Part shown: one piece after another, positions 12,740-25,930 of the stretch | Layout of the letters: each line of letters starts with the position of its first letter | Position numbering within the stretch: position 1 is the stretch's first letter | Assembly: GCA_004022145.1 (NCBI GenBank) | Contig: RCNU01000007.1 | Origin: Paecilomyces variotii | Taxonomy: Eukaryota | Reading direction: 5' to 3' (one strand) | DNA: 64,000 bases | Position numbers and translations under genes: made by a program | The notes under the pieces: model-generated | Databases searched by the model: none | What the model saw: only the letters and a program-made list of their open reading frames with translations | What the model was told of the DNA's origin: nothing

Positions 12740-14214
12740 CAGACCGGTCAAGGGATCATCAGCGACGGATCAAGACCAGAGAACGAAACGAAATGAAGAG
12801 GGAGTTCGTGGACTCCAGGTGCGAGAACAACATTAACTACCGTCGAGATGATCGTCTGGGGAATGCGGAGAGGCTCGGTTGGCGTCGGTTGAGCCCTGTG
12901 GATCTCCGCGAATGCCCGCGTTGGAGGTTAACTTGATAACTAACTAGAGTCTAGAAGTAATAATTATAGAAGTAGTTGCTATAGATTTATTTATATCCAT
13001 TGGTCTGATCGATATGGTTGCTATTATTATTCTGTATCTAGTCTAGTTCGGATGATTGGATTGGATCGTCGAAGATGTGTACAGTACATACACAGGAAGC
13101 ATCGATCGCTCTTGGACAGTTGACCATTATATTTCCCTTGACGCTAGTTAATACCAATAATAATAATGAATAATAACTACTAGCAGGCACTGCTGGAGGG
13201 ATAATCGGCTTTGGATCGGTTCTCTCGGAGACTAACGGACCGGTTCGATGTTCGATCGGACAACTTGCCGGCGTCTTCTTGCAGTTTCGGACTACAGGAA
13301 TCGACCATCAAGAATCTAGATAACGATAACTACCTAGTTAACTACACGCAACACACAACGATGTGCTCAGCAACCAGATAAGATCTTGTCTCCCACGGAG
13401 AGAAGACAGAGATCAGCCTACAGGCAGAGGATAGATGAAGAAAAAAAAAAGAGAAAAAAGGAGAGTGAGTCAACTAAGAATGATAATAATCACTAATTAA
13501 TTAATTAACTTAGTCGCCGCTCAGCCGTGAGACTTTCCCAAAAGGTTACAATAAGTATAGCTTCATCTGGCAACTCCAATCATGATAGATTGCCGGTCCG
13601 ACGAAAAATGACGATTTGAAAGTGCACAACGCATCTCGTTTCGAGATTCCCTCAGCAGTCTGTCCTTGGGCGCTTTTTTGGCGGCTTTTTTGACGGGCTT
13701 TTTCGCTCTTCTTTCCCGCCCGTCCTTCGTGGATCTGATAACATTCTCGCGTCTTCATCTCTTCTCTTCTCTTCTCTTCTTCCTCAATCATCGACCCATC
13801 CGTCCACCTTTTAACTCTCCTCTCCGCCTCTCCTCTCCTCTCTGTTAACGAACGATCGGTTTAACCGCCACTGCACTTCCCTGCGTGGAGTCATCAACAT
13901 CAGGTGGTGATTGGAATAACGTTAAAGTCTTTCGAAGACCCAATCTTGACCAGTGAGTGTGCCTTATTCAGCTGCGCATACTTTTGATCACAGCTGCTCC
14001 TGTTTTAGTACAGCTATACTGATATCCAGAAAAGGGTCTACTCTGGATCAAGTACGCGCTTAGCTCACCAACCAACCTTCCACTCGACTCGATCAAGCAA
14101 ACCGTGGACTACTCTCTGAACATCCAGAGACAAGGAAAAGCAATTTGTCGCAAGCTGTAAAGTACAGTCCGCGTATCCCTCACACCACATCAATAAAGAG
14201 AGAGAACCGCCACC

Positions 14215-14448
14215 ATGCCGCTCTTCGCCCGCATCATCACCCTCACCAACTTCGTCATTGCCTCCTCGGCGCTGAGTTTCCAGATCTTCGTCCTCGAACC
14301 CTGGCACCAGACGCTGGATGACCAGTTCCAGGCCCTGAAGACGGAACACATCGCCATGCTCAAGCGCCATGGAGAGGAGCTGTCTGCCATCAGAAGCCAG
14401 ATCGAGGCCCTCAAAGAGAAGGAGGCGAAGAGAGGGAAGTGGTTCTAG
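14215..14448 (+). CDS. Small conserved fungal single-pass membrane protein with coiled coil (77 aa)
   Basis: Strong CCACCATG start context and biased codon use. The TNFVIASSALSFQIFVLEPWH motif is followed by a coiled coil. A probable 5'UTR intron lies at ~13953-14029. Confidence 0.8.
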   Translation: MPLFARIITLTNFVIASSALSFQIFVLEPWHQTLDDQFQALKTEHIAMLKRHGEELSAIRSQIEALKEKEAKRGKWF

Positions 14449-14812
14449 AACCTTTCTTTTTCTTTTTTCTCTTACTTGTTATATTGCAAGAACATCCTAT
14501 CCTTGGCTGGCGCGCCTAGATCAGCACCTTACTAGACGAGACTAGAGAGGAGTTCTTGAGATAGAGTCCTAGGGTTGGATAGATTCCCTTGCATCATTAG
14601 ATTTCATGTTAGAGGTCATGAGGGAATAAGTATGAGATCGGCTTCTTTTCTTTTCTTTTCTTTTTTTTTTTCCCTGTTCCTGTTCTGCATAGTGGTGTTC
14701 GCCGACTTTCCTTTTGAATTCACTTCATCTATACCTACCAAATGAGATCGTCTCTATACGAAAAGAGAAAAAGAGGTAAAATAAACAAACAAAAAAAAAA
14801 GAATATTATCAA

Positions 14813-16393
14813 CTACAACTTCGCTCTATACCCTTCATCTCCTAGATCCAAATCTCGCTCATCACTCATTCGTACATTCAACAGTGAGTTAGGGCTGTCC
14901 TTCCCTTGCATAATGAAGTTATGCGGCTTCTCACCCGGGTTCAACGAGCGCCACTTGAAGAATCGCTCTAACATATCCGACTCCCTGCCCTCCACGCGAT
15001 CCGCAACGAACCGCCCGATGATCGGTAGGAACTTGAACGCATGTCCACTCCCGCCTGTCGCGACTATCACTCCAGCTTTTCCAGGGACGGAATCAATCAC
15101 GAAATGGTTATCGAAACTATCCGTATACCAGCAGAGTCGAGTCGTGGTGATTTTGAGATTAGCAGCGCCCAGTTCCGGGAGGTATTTATCCAAAAACCCA
15201 CGGATGACTTGGATGGATTTAGCCGGCAAGGTATGGATCGATGGACGCGTGTATGCAGTGATAGGAGTGCTGCGGATTGTTGTTTTCTTATCGCTCGTGG
15301 TGGCTAGTGTCGGGTTGGTATACTTCGTTCCTCGATATCCGAGCTTCATGACGCCGCGCTCATCGATCGGGAAGCCGTATAAACTGCCGTTGGCGCCACC
15401 GCGCATCTTGTAATGCCAGACGGGGAATCGGTCAGGGGAGAAACGCTCGCGGAGTGGAGATCCCTCGGGGATTTGGATCATGGCTACGGAACCGGCCGTC
15501 GTCTCGCAGAGGCCGTCGAGCTCTGGGAGAAGGGTTGGTGTCCAGCCGCCGCAGGCGAGGATAACCACTGCGGCTCGATGCGTCTTCCCATCGGATGTCT
15601 TGATTCCTGTCACAGCGCCGTTTTCCTCGATGAAGCTGGAGAATTGGCCTGCAGTCGGGTCGAGGATGAACTTGACGCCTAGAGATTGGGCCTTGTGTAG
15701 CGCAAAGCGACATGCTTTATCCGCGTAGACGAAGCCGCCCACCATGTCAAGATGACCCGAAAGACGGCCCTGGCCTTTGTGCAGCAGATTGAACGGATCA
15801 ATAGCAGCGTTGAGCCCATCACGGCGGGCTCGCGCGACATCCCTGGGGTCGGTGAGGAGATATTGCGTATGGCCGTAGCCTGCGGCAGTGATGTTCTTGA
15901 CAGACAGATCCTCAAAGCCATTCATTCCTTTCTCATCGCCGATATGATAGTTGCCGCAATTGACATAGATGCGGTCCTTGGTCGTCATTCCTGGAGGTAG
16001 ATCATCTCCTCTGGCTAGAGAATCGTTCCACGCTGTCCAGTTCTGGATCGCCTCGAACGTGAGGTTCTGGTACCATGTTTCATGGCCGTAGGCTGCGCGG
16101 ATGATTTTGTTGCAGTCTGAAATGGGGTGTTAGCTGCTGAGATTCAAGAAGAACTATCAAGTCATTGATCTATGCAAATATTCGGATTGAAATTTCATCA
16201 TCTTACCCGCTGATGCGGCGTCGCATCCCCGGTCAAAATCGTACAAGGTCTCATGATACGGCTGCTTGTCGAACACGGTGATGTTCTCAAAGCCCCTCTG
16301 CGCCAGATGGATCGCAGAGCTCAGACCAAAGATGCCCGCGCCGACGATGACGATAGGCGCATTTTTGTCTGTGAGGAGGGGTTGGGGCGTCAT
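14813..16393 (-). CDS. FAD-dependent oxidase, sarcosine/pipecolate/fructosyl-amino acid oxidase family, with PTS1 (intron ~16117-16206)
   Basis: GAGIFGLS Rossmann motif, ASADCNKIIR across the splice junction, RLCWYTDSFD and GGSGHAFKFLPIIG. The protein ends in AKL*. Confidence 0.9.
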
Positions 16394-17257
16394 TGTGATA
16401 GAACTAGCGGTGCGATGGCCACGAATGTTTTTTTTTTTTCTGGGTTACGACCACTCTGTCTCGATAGAGACTGAGGGTTCTAAATTCATATAGTTAGCTG
16501 TGAGAAGTTGTTGTCTGATCCGGAACAACAAGGTGCCCTACTGTATCATCTGCCGAGTGTATCGATCAGCAATAAGTACCTAAGAGGAAAGACCCAAGCG
16601 GATCAGGCCGATGCATTTCTATATCATCAGCCATCTCTTTGGTTGATACATAATGTTACTCGCATAGGAAACACGAGAGTCGGGACACCAACTCGAGTGA
16701 TTAAGCTACTTCTCTCCAGCTCCATGTGGGGAAGACGGTGCTATCGAGATTCGATAACAGCCATGTCTTTCTCTTCTGGGAAGGTTCTGTTGCGGCTGGA
16801 ACCGCCATGCAGCATTCTCTAGCTTCTGGCCGATCTTGATAATGACAGTTTCCCGCTACAGCTTCGGTGGGAGAGTGAGCTGTCGGTCTCTCTCCGACGT
16901 AAAGTATCTCCGCCAATGGCGGCCTCCAGGCTCTTGTTATCTGTAGGTTAATGGATTGGTATCAAGTAGCATTCGTCGTTGGTCGGCCGAGAGGAATTCG
17001 AGAATCCTGCAGATGAGGACGTAAGTATGTATTGACTATTGACTGCCGTGTTTCTCTGTTATCGCGCGGTAAAACTAATTATCGCGCTGGAGTCAACCAC
17101 TGCTGATGAAATAGCATAGGCGACTATAATAAGCAAAGCATGGAGACTCTTGAAGAATGTTGTATCATCAGAGGTACTGTACTTCTGGGGTATATAGTAC
17201 ACGTCGAGACAAGCCTTGGATTTCTCCCCTTGAAGTCTCATAACTGGCAAGACAGTC
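16394..17257. promoter_or_regulatory. Bidirectional promoter of the oxidase/MFS pair with multiple HGATAR sites
   Basis: HGATAR on either strand at 16462, 16741, 16752, 16837, 16937, 17059 and 17079. Confidence 0.5.
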
Positions 17258-18926
17258 ATGGCAGACCCGACTTCGTCCAAGTCTGATCTGCAAAAGACCA
17301 AGAGCCCCTCTATCTCAGAGGCAGGCGTTTCCATCGCTGGATCCTTTGTTATAGATCCAGTAGTGGAGCGATCGGTAGTGAGAAAGCTGGATTTCAGGTA
17401 CTTATGTCCTGCCACTTCGTCCTTGAGAACTGACATGTTTACTGACAATGGCTACTGTAGACTCCTGCCTGTTCTGTCTCTCATGTACTTCTTCAACAAT
17501 CTCGACCGATCCAACCTGGGAAATGCAAAGACCGACGGCTTGGATAAAGACTTTGGCCTGGTGGGAAACCAGTACAGCATTGTCTTGGCTGTTTTCAACG
17601 TCACGTTCTGCTCCTTTGATCTGCCTTCGAACTTGCTGCTGAAGCGGTTTAGCGGAAGGAGAATGCTGCCGATGATGATGATGGCTTGGTGAGTCTCTTA
17701 GAAAAACATGAATGGGCTTCTTGCTGAGAGACATTATCATAGGGGCTCCGTGACTCTTCTTCAATGCGCCGCGCATAACTTCTCCGGTCTCCTGGCATGT
17801 CGGTTCTTTATGGGGATTTTCGAAGCTGGTTTCTTCGGTAAGTGGTGCATAGATACTATATCGGACAAAGCTACCCTCGAAAGGAAGCTGATTCTCGTCT
17901 AAAATAGCGGGTGTCATATTCTATCTGACTCAATTCTATAAACGAAATGAGCTGGCTTTTCGCTTGTCAATCTTCTATGGAACGGTCACTATCGCCGGTG
18001 CATTTTCCGGATTGATATCCTTTGGAGTATTCCAGATCAAGCACCACCTTCCAGGATGGATGTACCTCTTCATCATCGAAGGCGGTGCTACTCTTATTTG
18101 TGCTAGCTTTGCGGCCTGGTGGCTTCCTCTGAGTGGTTCCCGGTGTCACTGGTTCAGCGAGGAAGAATCTCACGTGGCCGAGCTACGTCTTCTACATGAC
18201 GGCTCAGTCAGATCTGACGATGCCTTTGATCTCAAGGACGCACTCAAGGGGCTTTGCGATTGGCGCGTCATGGTATGGGCAATGAGCTGCTTTTCTTATG
18301 GAATCGCCCAGTCTTCCGTGAGCAACTTCTTGCCCCAGATGATTGCCCTGTTGGGTTATTCTACCGTCAAGACAAACCTCTACACTGTCGCTCCATACTG
18401 CGTTGGAACCGTCGTTCTCTGGACTCTTTGCCGGTCTTCAGACTACTTCCGCGAGCGCTCCTTCCACCTCGCCGGCGCTTTAATGATTACGTTCGTCGGA
18501 TATATCATCCTCATAACAGTCGACGCCGAGAAACACAAGGGCGTCGCCTACTTCGCCTGCTTTCTTCTCACGAGCGGAGCCTTTGCCCCCAGCTGTATCT
18601 TCCATAGCTGGCATGCCAACAACGTAGCATCTGAAAGTCAACGGGCAGCCATTGTTGGATTTCTCGTCGGCTCAGCCAACTGCGCTGGAATCCCTTCCAG
18701 TCTTGCATTCGATTCTCGAACCGCTCCCAAGTACATGCCGGCGCTGATCGTGAATTGCGTGTTTCAGATGGTTGGAATCCTGATGATCCTGGGCCTGGGG
18801 ATGTGGTTTCGGTATGATAATCGAAGACGGGATAAGTTGCAGGGGGTTAAGCTTACCGCAGCTGATGTTGCGACGCAGTGTTTGGTGGATGGGTGGAGGG
18901 ATCCGAATTGGAGGTGGACTGCTTGA
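17258..18926 (+). CDS. MFS transporter, anion:cation symporter (Dal5/Tna1-like) family; 4 exons
   Basis: RKLDFRLLP, LDRSNLGNA, RFFMGIFEAGF, FYKRNELAFR and WMYLFIIEG motifs. Introns at ~17398-17460, 17689-17742 and 17838-17907. Confidence 0.92.
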
Positions 18927-21086
18927 TTCATTTCAGCACTACTAGGGGTTCAGTCTCATGAATCAAACATCTTTGCAGCTCATGAATTCGTTTGTTTACA
19001 GTATCAGACGTAATGAGTTAGTGTACTGATGAATCAATTTACTGCTTCAGTGTATGCTTGTCACCAACCCCGAGCAATGTTCTTTCTTTTCACATTTTCC
19101 TGCAGACAAATCCTTGCATCATCAGCAGGACCAGCAAACGCCATTGGATTCATTGAGCCCGTGCCCCTCGACCTCATCATCTTCTATCTGGGTCATTCTC
19201 CATATGGACGATACTATTCGCATGAATAGCCGGCCAGCCCAGGACTAGCCCACTACGCAACCGTCCAAACGTGGCAGATGGCTATTAAATCATATGCGTT
19301 TCGGCAGTGAGAATAAGCAACACTAATCTTTCCAAGATCCAACTGAATTATTAGAGCCTGTCCATGCAGGAAAAACATCCTTAAGGAATTTTTCTATTGG
19401 ATCGATCCTCCTTTAGGTAGTGGGGATCAGTACTATTATGACCGACGCAGTGAGCATGAAGCCAATATCCTTCCCTTCCGAAAGCGTGTGAGAGAGCTAT
19501 GTGAAGAACTCTCCTCTCTTTCTGGAGTAATGGCGAAAATGCATCATAAAAATTGCGTCTGTCGCTTACACATAGCCTGACCGTGGATAATACTGAGAAG
19601 AACACAGGTAGCGCAAACTCTATGCTGCCGAACCATCACTTCGTTGCAAGTGACGCCTACGGGGCAAGGCATTCATCCCGCCAGGAGTGTAGATCTTCAG
19701 CTTGCTAATAGGAAGCTTGAATTCAGGACTCTAGCTAGCACGCCAGGAGAAGCTATATCTAATTTAGAATATACTGTGGTTAAATATCTGCATTCCTTTC
19801 CAAGCGGGAACTAATAGCGGGCCGATAGTAGATCTGCCAAGGTCGCAGATATATCGGGGCTTAAAGTAATGAATAAGTATAATAGTAACGACTTCGGCGT
19901 ATACAATGGTTGTGCTTGATTAAGGCACATCATGTAATACAACAACACACTGTCAAACTATCTCTCATCCAACTTTCGCGCGGAAACAAAGAGCAGGGCA
20001 TTGAGAACCTAACAATATTACTCTGACGTAAGAGGTCGAAGAGGGGGGGCCATTAAAAGGGCCTTTTCCGATACTATATCCATAGAACGATAAGCTCAGC
20101 TCAGTGCAAAGATGGAGCCAGGTTTTGGTATTTGGAATCATGGTATGATCCCTTCTTCTCTGGACATTGGTCCTCACTGTCTCGGAAATCAGGAATATGG
20201 GTTCATCTCCACTCCAGAAGACTACCTAATCGTGGCCCTTTAGGTCGATCTCGATTGCGACTGGTCGATCAAAATTGGGGACTTTCGTCAATTTAGAACA
20301 GCAGCGCCAAAGTCATGTAGAGTAGCTGCGCCTAGCATTCTCATATGCAGGTATTGCCGCATATAGTGTCCATACATCCAGGTATCACTAGTCCCCAGAA
20401 TAGTAGATCTCTAACTAGTTCTTCGCAATAGGGCCACAGGCGTAGTTTTTTTGCGCTGCAGAACGGACCTAATTGAGAGAGATAGATTTAACATCTTATA
20501 TTCTGGTTACTATGTAATCCGTATACTATTTGTGATAAATGCACATCGTTCGCTGAATTAACTAAGTCCACGATGCTTATGATAGTGACTAGAAGCGGGC
20601 ACCACTTTTTTAGGTTCTGAGGGTTCAGCCAGCCATGAAATGAGGTATTTTTCTTTTCTTTTTTTCTTTTGAAGACAATGATATTCTGTACTAATAACTT
20701 ATTGTGGTCCAATTGTATCAGACCATGACATAGATAGCGAATATGTACTAGGACCGCATGAAGAAATCGACAATGTTTGTCTGCACCCAAAAAATGAGGC
20801 AATCCTCTCCACTCGTCCGTTCTTGTTGATCAACAGTTCGTCTTTTCTGAAGATCCCTAAAGTGAGCTGGGGAGAGTTCAGCTATAAATACATAGACAGT
20901 TTCCCACATCTGTCTTGGAATACAACAACCAGACAGACAAAGGAACACAATCTGATCGATCTTGACAGCTCTTCGCCCTCAATTGGCCAGCAAAGAACGA
21001 TTCTCAGCGCCAAAGTAAGACAAGCACCGCCATTTTGTTCGATTTCCCTCGACTATTGGGGCTCGTTCTAATCTTTTTTTAACTAG

Positions 21087-21422
21087 ATGCCCATCGCTCC
21101 AGGTAGAATCTCCGGTGTCGCTAATACCTTCAATGGCCGTTGGATTGTCGAAGGCAACACCGTTCTGTTGCACGGTGTCTTCCCCCAAAGCCTTGAGAAA
21201 TGGGACTCGGACGCTCTGCTTGAATATGAGAATGTCGAAGATATTAGTGGCGACTTCTTCATTCGTCCCGAGGAATCGTTCTCACATGTCGGGCCCCATG
21301 ATCTAAGCCTGTTTCTGAGAAGCCTGCGCGGCAACAAGGTCAAGATTACTGGTCACCTCAGCGGTCCTATCTCTAACAGGACCGACGTCACCGCTCAAGT
21401 AAGCGTGGTCCGTGAAGATTGA
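21087..21422 (+). CDS. Hypothetical small beta-rich protein (111 aa)
   Basis: The ORF is immediately preceded by a canonical intron (GTAAGA 21015 ... CTAAT ... TAG 21086). Composition is protein-like. Confidence 0.65.
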   Translation: MPIAPGRISGVANTFNGRWIVEGNTVLLHGVFPQSLEKWDSDALLEYENVEDISGDFFIRPEESFSHVGPHDLSLFLRSLRGNKVKITGHLSGPISNRTDVTAQVSVVRED

Positions 21423-22888
21423 TTAGTTAGAGATCCTTTGATCAAGGAGAAACTAGCTCAATACGCGGAGCGAGCAGTGTGGATAGGGAGACAAAGATAT
21501 CTGGAGGGTAGGGAATGGAGAATTCTCGTTCTAAGCTCAGATTACTCTTGTTGGTAGAATTATTGGGCTTGAACATAGACTGTCTGTGTCTATACCTATG
21601 TTGCGAGCTATCATCCTCTTACAGGTCCAATGAATCTGCAGATTTGAAGAGAGTGGAAGTTAGTTTCCCATTTATCACCTACGATTGTAGATGGCATTAT
21701 ACCGCGAATCCCGACCAAGTTGAGACAGGGGGGGGACCTATAAGGTTCTGACCCAAATTTGAATTTAGCTGAAATCCAGCTGACGAGTATCGTGAGCCCG
21801 TCCTTAACGGATATGCATCGCGATATTGGTAGAGAATGAAGCCCGACCTGGATATGCTTCATCCTCTGGTTCGTGCGATGCTGGCAGCGGTGATGAGAAT
21901 GCCGGAGTTCAAGTGTGTCTAGACATGGGGTAGTATGGGTTAGAGAGACCCGCAGCCAGCCAGCGGATGTATTACTTGGAGGCTGATGAATATGCTTGAT
22001 TCAGGAGACTGTCTAGGAGGATGAGCGACCGATATATCTAACTATTCTTCCTACTTAAGGCCTCTGGTGTCAAAAGTATATAAAACATGTTTTAGAACAC
22101 TAGTGCAGGCTTTTTTGTACATATATTATAGGGTATTATGACGCAACTTATGGATTATAATTAGGAATATAACAATCTTCCCAGAGCACTTGATATCTTA
22201 TAATATGGATGCAGCTTAGACAAGGAAGAGCACGAACATCAGTGGTTTGTTCTTAGTAGGTGCGGGATTGCCGGACTACCTATCCGATAGATAAAGATCA
22301 AAACGTTACTTGATATCCCCACCTCTCTTTCTTATTCACTGATTTAGATTAAAAGACCGAAATCGACTACCATACCTGTGTAGTTATGTCTATCTTTTCG
22401 ATCAGGGATGTTCAACACTCACTCGTGGACGATCTACCAAAGACGCCGGCTAAACCCCTTGTCAACATGGCTGGATCTTGTTTTCTTTTCTTCCATTTAA
22501 GTTCTCAATTCAAGCCACCGGGTAGCCCTAGAAAACCCCGCATTTATCCAACTCGATCCGGCGTAATCCCAGGGCACAGATCATCGTAGCACCTGAGCTT
22601 TGAGCTTGCACGATGTCACTCTCGAGTCTCTGTGCCCCTTGGTGCCATGCTGGCTCCGGTTAAAGAATCAATGTACTGTACATGGTTTTGGCCCCTAATT
22701 GATTGCGGAAAAATTACTTCCGTCGAAATGCATGGGCCTTATGACTGCGGCCTACTCTAAAAGCGAGGCTGCGGCATAAAATCTCCCTTCGTTCCGGCAA
22801 GTCGCAGGAAACTTGAAAGGTTGTTCTGTGATGCTGGGACTTTGACCGCTCTCTCAAGGCAAGACGGACTTGCGGGCTGATTGTCACG

Positions 22889-25800
22889 ATGCTCTTGGGG
22901 ATCCAAGCCGCGCTAGTCCTGGCTGCGACCGGTCTTTCAAGCCTCGCGTCGGCACAGAATGTTATCGATCTTAGCGGTGACGGGTGGACGGTAAGTAACA
23001 AGGAGCTGGGTATATCAGTTGTCGGAAAGTTGCCTTCTCATGTCCAGTTGGATCTGTATGCGGCTGGTGTTATTGGTGAGTCTGATCTTTCCGTAGAAAT
23101 CCTTTTTGCTCTACATACTAAATGACCACTAGGTGACCCGTAAGTCTCGGCCGGTGCTGTTTTGCGGGAGTTGGAACTGATCTTTTACTTATCTTGTAAA
23201 GCTACTACGGTCTCAATGACTTCAATCTCCGCTGGGTAGCAGCTCGCAATTGGACATATGTTAGCCATCCTATCAACGGACTGTAAGTCTACCAATACAG
23301 GAGGATACAGTCACCTGCAGCTAATCAGTGATACTCAGGAGCGATGACTACGATTCATCATGGCTTGTTTTTGATGGATTGGATACATTCACGACCATCG
23401 AACTTTGTGGGCAATTTGTCGCGGCGACAAATAATCAATTCCGACAATATCACTTCGATGTGTCCAATATATTAAAGAACTGTAGTGGTGATCCCATCTT
23501 GAGTCTCAATTTCGGAAGCGCACCGAACATTGTCAATGCTATCGCCAACCAGCCAGGGCAGGCAGGTTAGTGTGTTCACCTAAAGACTCATATACTCGTG
23601 GTGACATGCTTATTTCTTTAGAATGGCCATATGGGATCCAACTCACCTATGAATACCCCAATAGGGAATTCATGCGCAAGGAGCAATCGGACTTTGGTTG
23701 GGACTGGGGACCAGCATTCGCTCCAGCTGGACCATGGAAACCGGCATATATCGTGCAGCTGCAGCGTTCAAAAGGCCTCTATGTCTTGAATACAGATCTG
23801 GATATTTACAGAGAGGGACAGCTTAACCACCTGATTCCGGACCAGAGCCAGCCTTGGGTGGTTAATGCAAGTATCGACTATCTGGGAGATCTCCCAGAAG
23901 GCGCTTCTATGTCCATCGAGATCAGAGAGGCTGACAGGCCAGACTTCGGTCTCGGAACCACGCCGCTTGACAATGTGACTGTTTCTGGGAACTCGATTAC
24001 TGGTACGACTCTCATAGATCCAGACGCACCGAAGCTTTGGTGGCCGAACGGTCTCGGCGATCAGAATCTGTATACTATAACGGTGAGTGTGATCGATCAG
24101 AAGAACAATACACTCGCTACTGTCACAAAGAGGAGTGGCTTCCGGACAATCGTGCTTAACCGGACAAATATTACCGAGCAACAGCTGGACATGGGAATTG
24201 CACCTGGAGCGAACTGGCACTTTGAGATAAACGGGCATGAGTTCTACGCCAAGGGTTCGAACTTCATTCCTCCGGATGCGTTCTGGCCTCGTGTTACAAA
24301 AGATAGGATGAACAGGCTATTTGACTCGATTGTCGCTGGAAACCAGAATATGCTACGGGTCTGGGCATCTGGGGCTTACCTCCCCGATTTTATCTACGAC
24401 ATTGCAGATGAACGGGGAGTGCTGCTATGGAGTGAGTTCGAATTCAGCGACGATTTATATCCCGTTGATGAAGAGTTCCTCGACAACGTCGCCGAAGAGG
24501 TGGTCTACAACGTGAGACGCTTAAACCACCACCCGTCATTAGCTCTCTGGGCTGGTGGGAATGAAATAGAAAGCTTGATGCTCCAGCTGGCGAACGAGAC
24601 CGATCCTGATCACTACGGCAGATATGCTGGAGAATACGAGAAGCTATTCATCAGCCTCATTCTACCTCTGGTATATGAGAATACGCGGTCCATTTCGTAC
24701 AATCCTAGCAGCACGACAAATGGATATCTCGAAGTCAATCTCTCTGCCCCAGTGCCTATGGTTGAGCGATACTGGAATCTCACACCTGGTGCTGTCTACG
24801 GCGACACCGACTTTTATAATTACGACAGCAGCATCTCGTTCAACTATTCCGCTTACCCCGTCGGACGCTTCGCCAACGAATTTGGCTTCCACAGCATGCC
24901 GAGTCTCCAGACCTGGCGGCAGGCTGTTGACCCAGAAGATCTACACTTCAATAGCAGTGTAATCATGCTGCGGAATCACCACTATCCCTCTGGTGACCTC
25001 AGCACAGACAACTTCAAGAACAGTTCCATGGGCATGGGCGAGATGACTGTCGCTGTGGAACGGTACTACCCGATTCCTAACAAGACAGATTCGGTAGCCA
25101 ACTTCAGCGCCTGGTGCCATGCGACTCAAATCTTCCAGGCAGACATGTACAAGTCCGAGATCCAATTCTATCGACGAGGAAGCGGTATGCCAGAACGACA
25201 ACTGGGATCGCTATACTGGCAGCTCGAAGACATCTGGCAAGCGCCCACATGGGCTGGTATCGAGTACGACGGCCGCTGGAAGGTACTTCACTATGTTGCT
25301 AGAGATATCTACCAACCCGTGATCATTTCTCCATTCTGGAACTACACCACCGGAGACCTTGAAATCTACATCACATCAGATCTGTGGGAATCAGTCTCAG
25401 GAACGGCGAATTTGACTTGGCTAGACCTGAAAGGCAAACCACTACCTAATAACGCTGGCACTCCATCCTCAGCCAACTTCACAGTTGGGGCGCTCAACAC
25501 AACTAATATTTACACCACAAATGTTAACAATCTCACCTTATCTAACCCAAGCGATTCCATTCTGATTTTATCTGTCGAAGCAATTGGCAACGCACCCAAT
25601 ACTCCGTCAAACTCGTCTGCAAAGGCGTTCACGCATCAAAACCACTTCACGCCCGTCTTCCCGAACAAGCTGAAACTTGTTGATCCTGGTCTATCAGTCA
25701 CCAAGGGTCCCAACGAAACGACGTTCGTTGTGGAAGCGAAGTCAGGCGTCTCGCTGTATACGTGGCTGGACTATCCGGGCGGCACAGTAGGATATTTCGA

Positions 25801-25930
25801 CGAGAACTCTTTCGTGCTGCTGCCTGGACAAAAGAAGGAAGTTGGATTTACTGTGCTGCAGGACAAGAGTGACGGCGGATGGGTCAACAATGTTACGGTG
25901 TCCAGTCTGTGGGATCAGACGACTCAGTGA
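22889..25930 (+). CDS. mndA: Secreted beta-mannosidase A, glycoside hydrolase family 2 (5 exons incl. a 7-nt microexon)
   Basis: Signal peptide, [39 protein letters not shown] (acid/base), RFANEFG (nucleophile) and LYWQLEDIW. Introns 23076-23132, 23140-23201, 23283-23338 and 23566-23621. Confidence 0.95.

Noticed and set aside
13200-13270. GGTTCGA suggesting a tRNA T-loop
   Set aside because: No cloverleaf stems or A-box can be built around it.
21950-22330. AT-rich patch as a possible RIP-mutated transposon relic
   Set aside because: CpA/TpG dinucleotides persist, and no terminal repeats or transposon motifs are visible.
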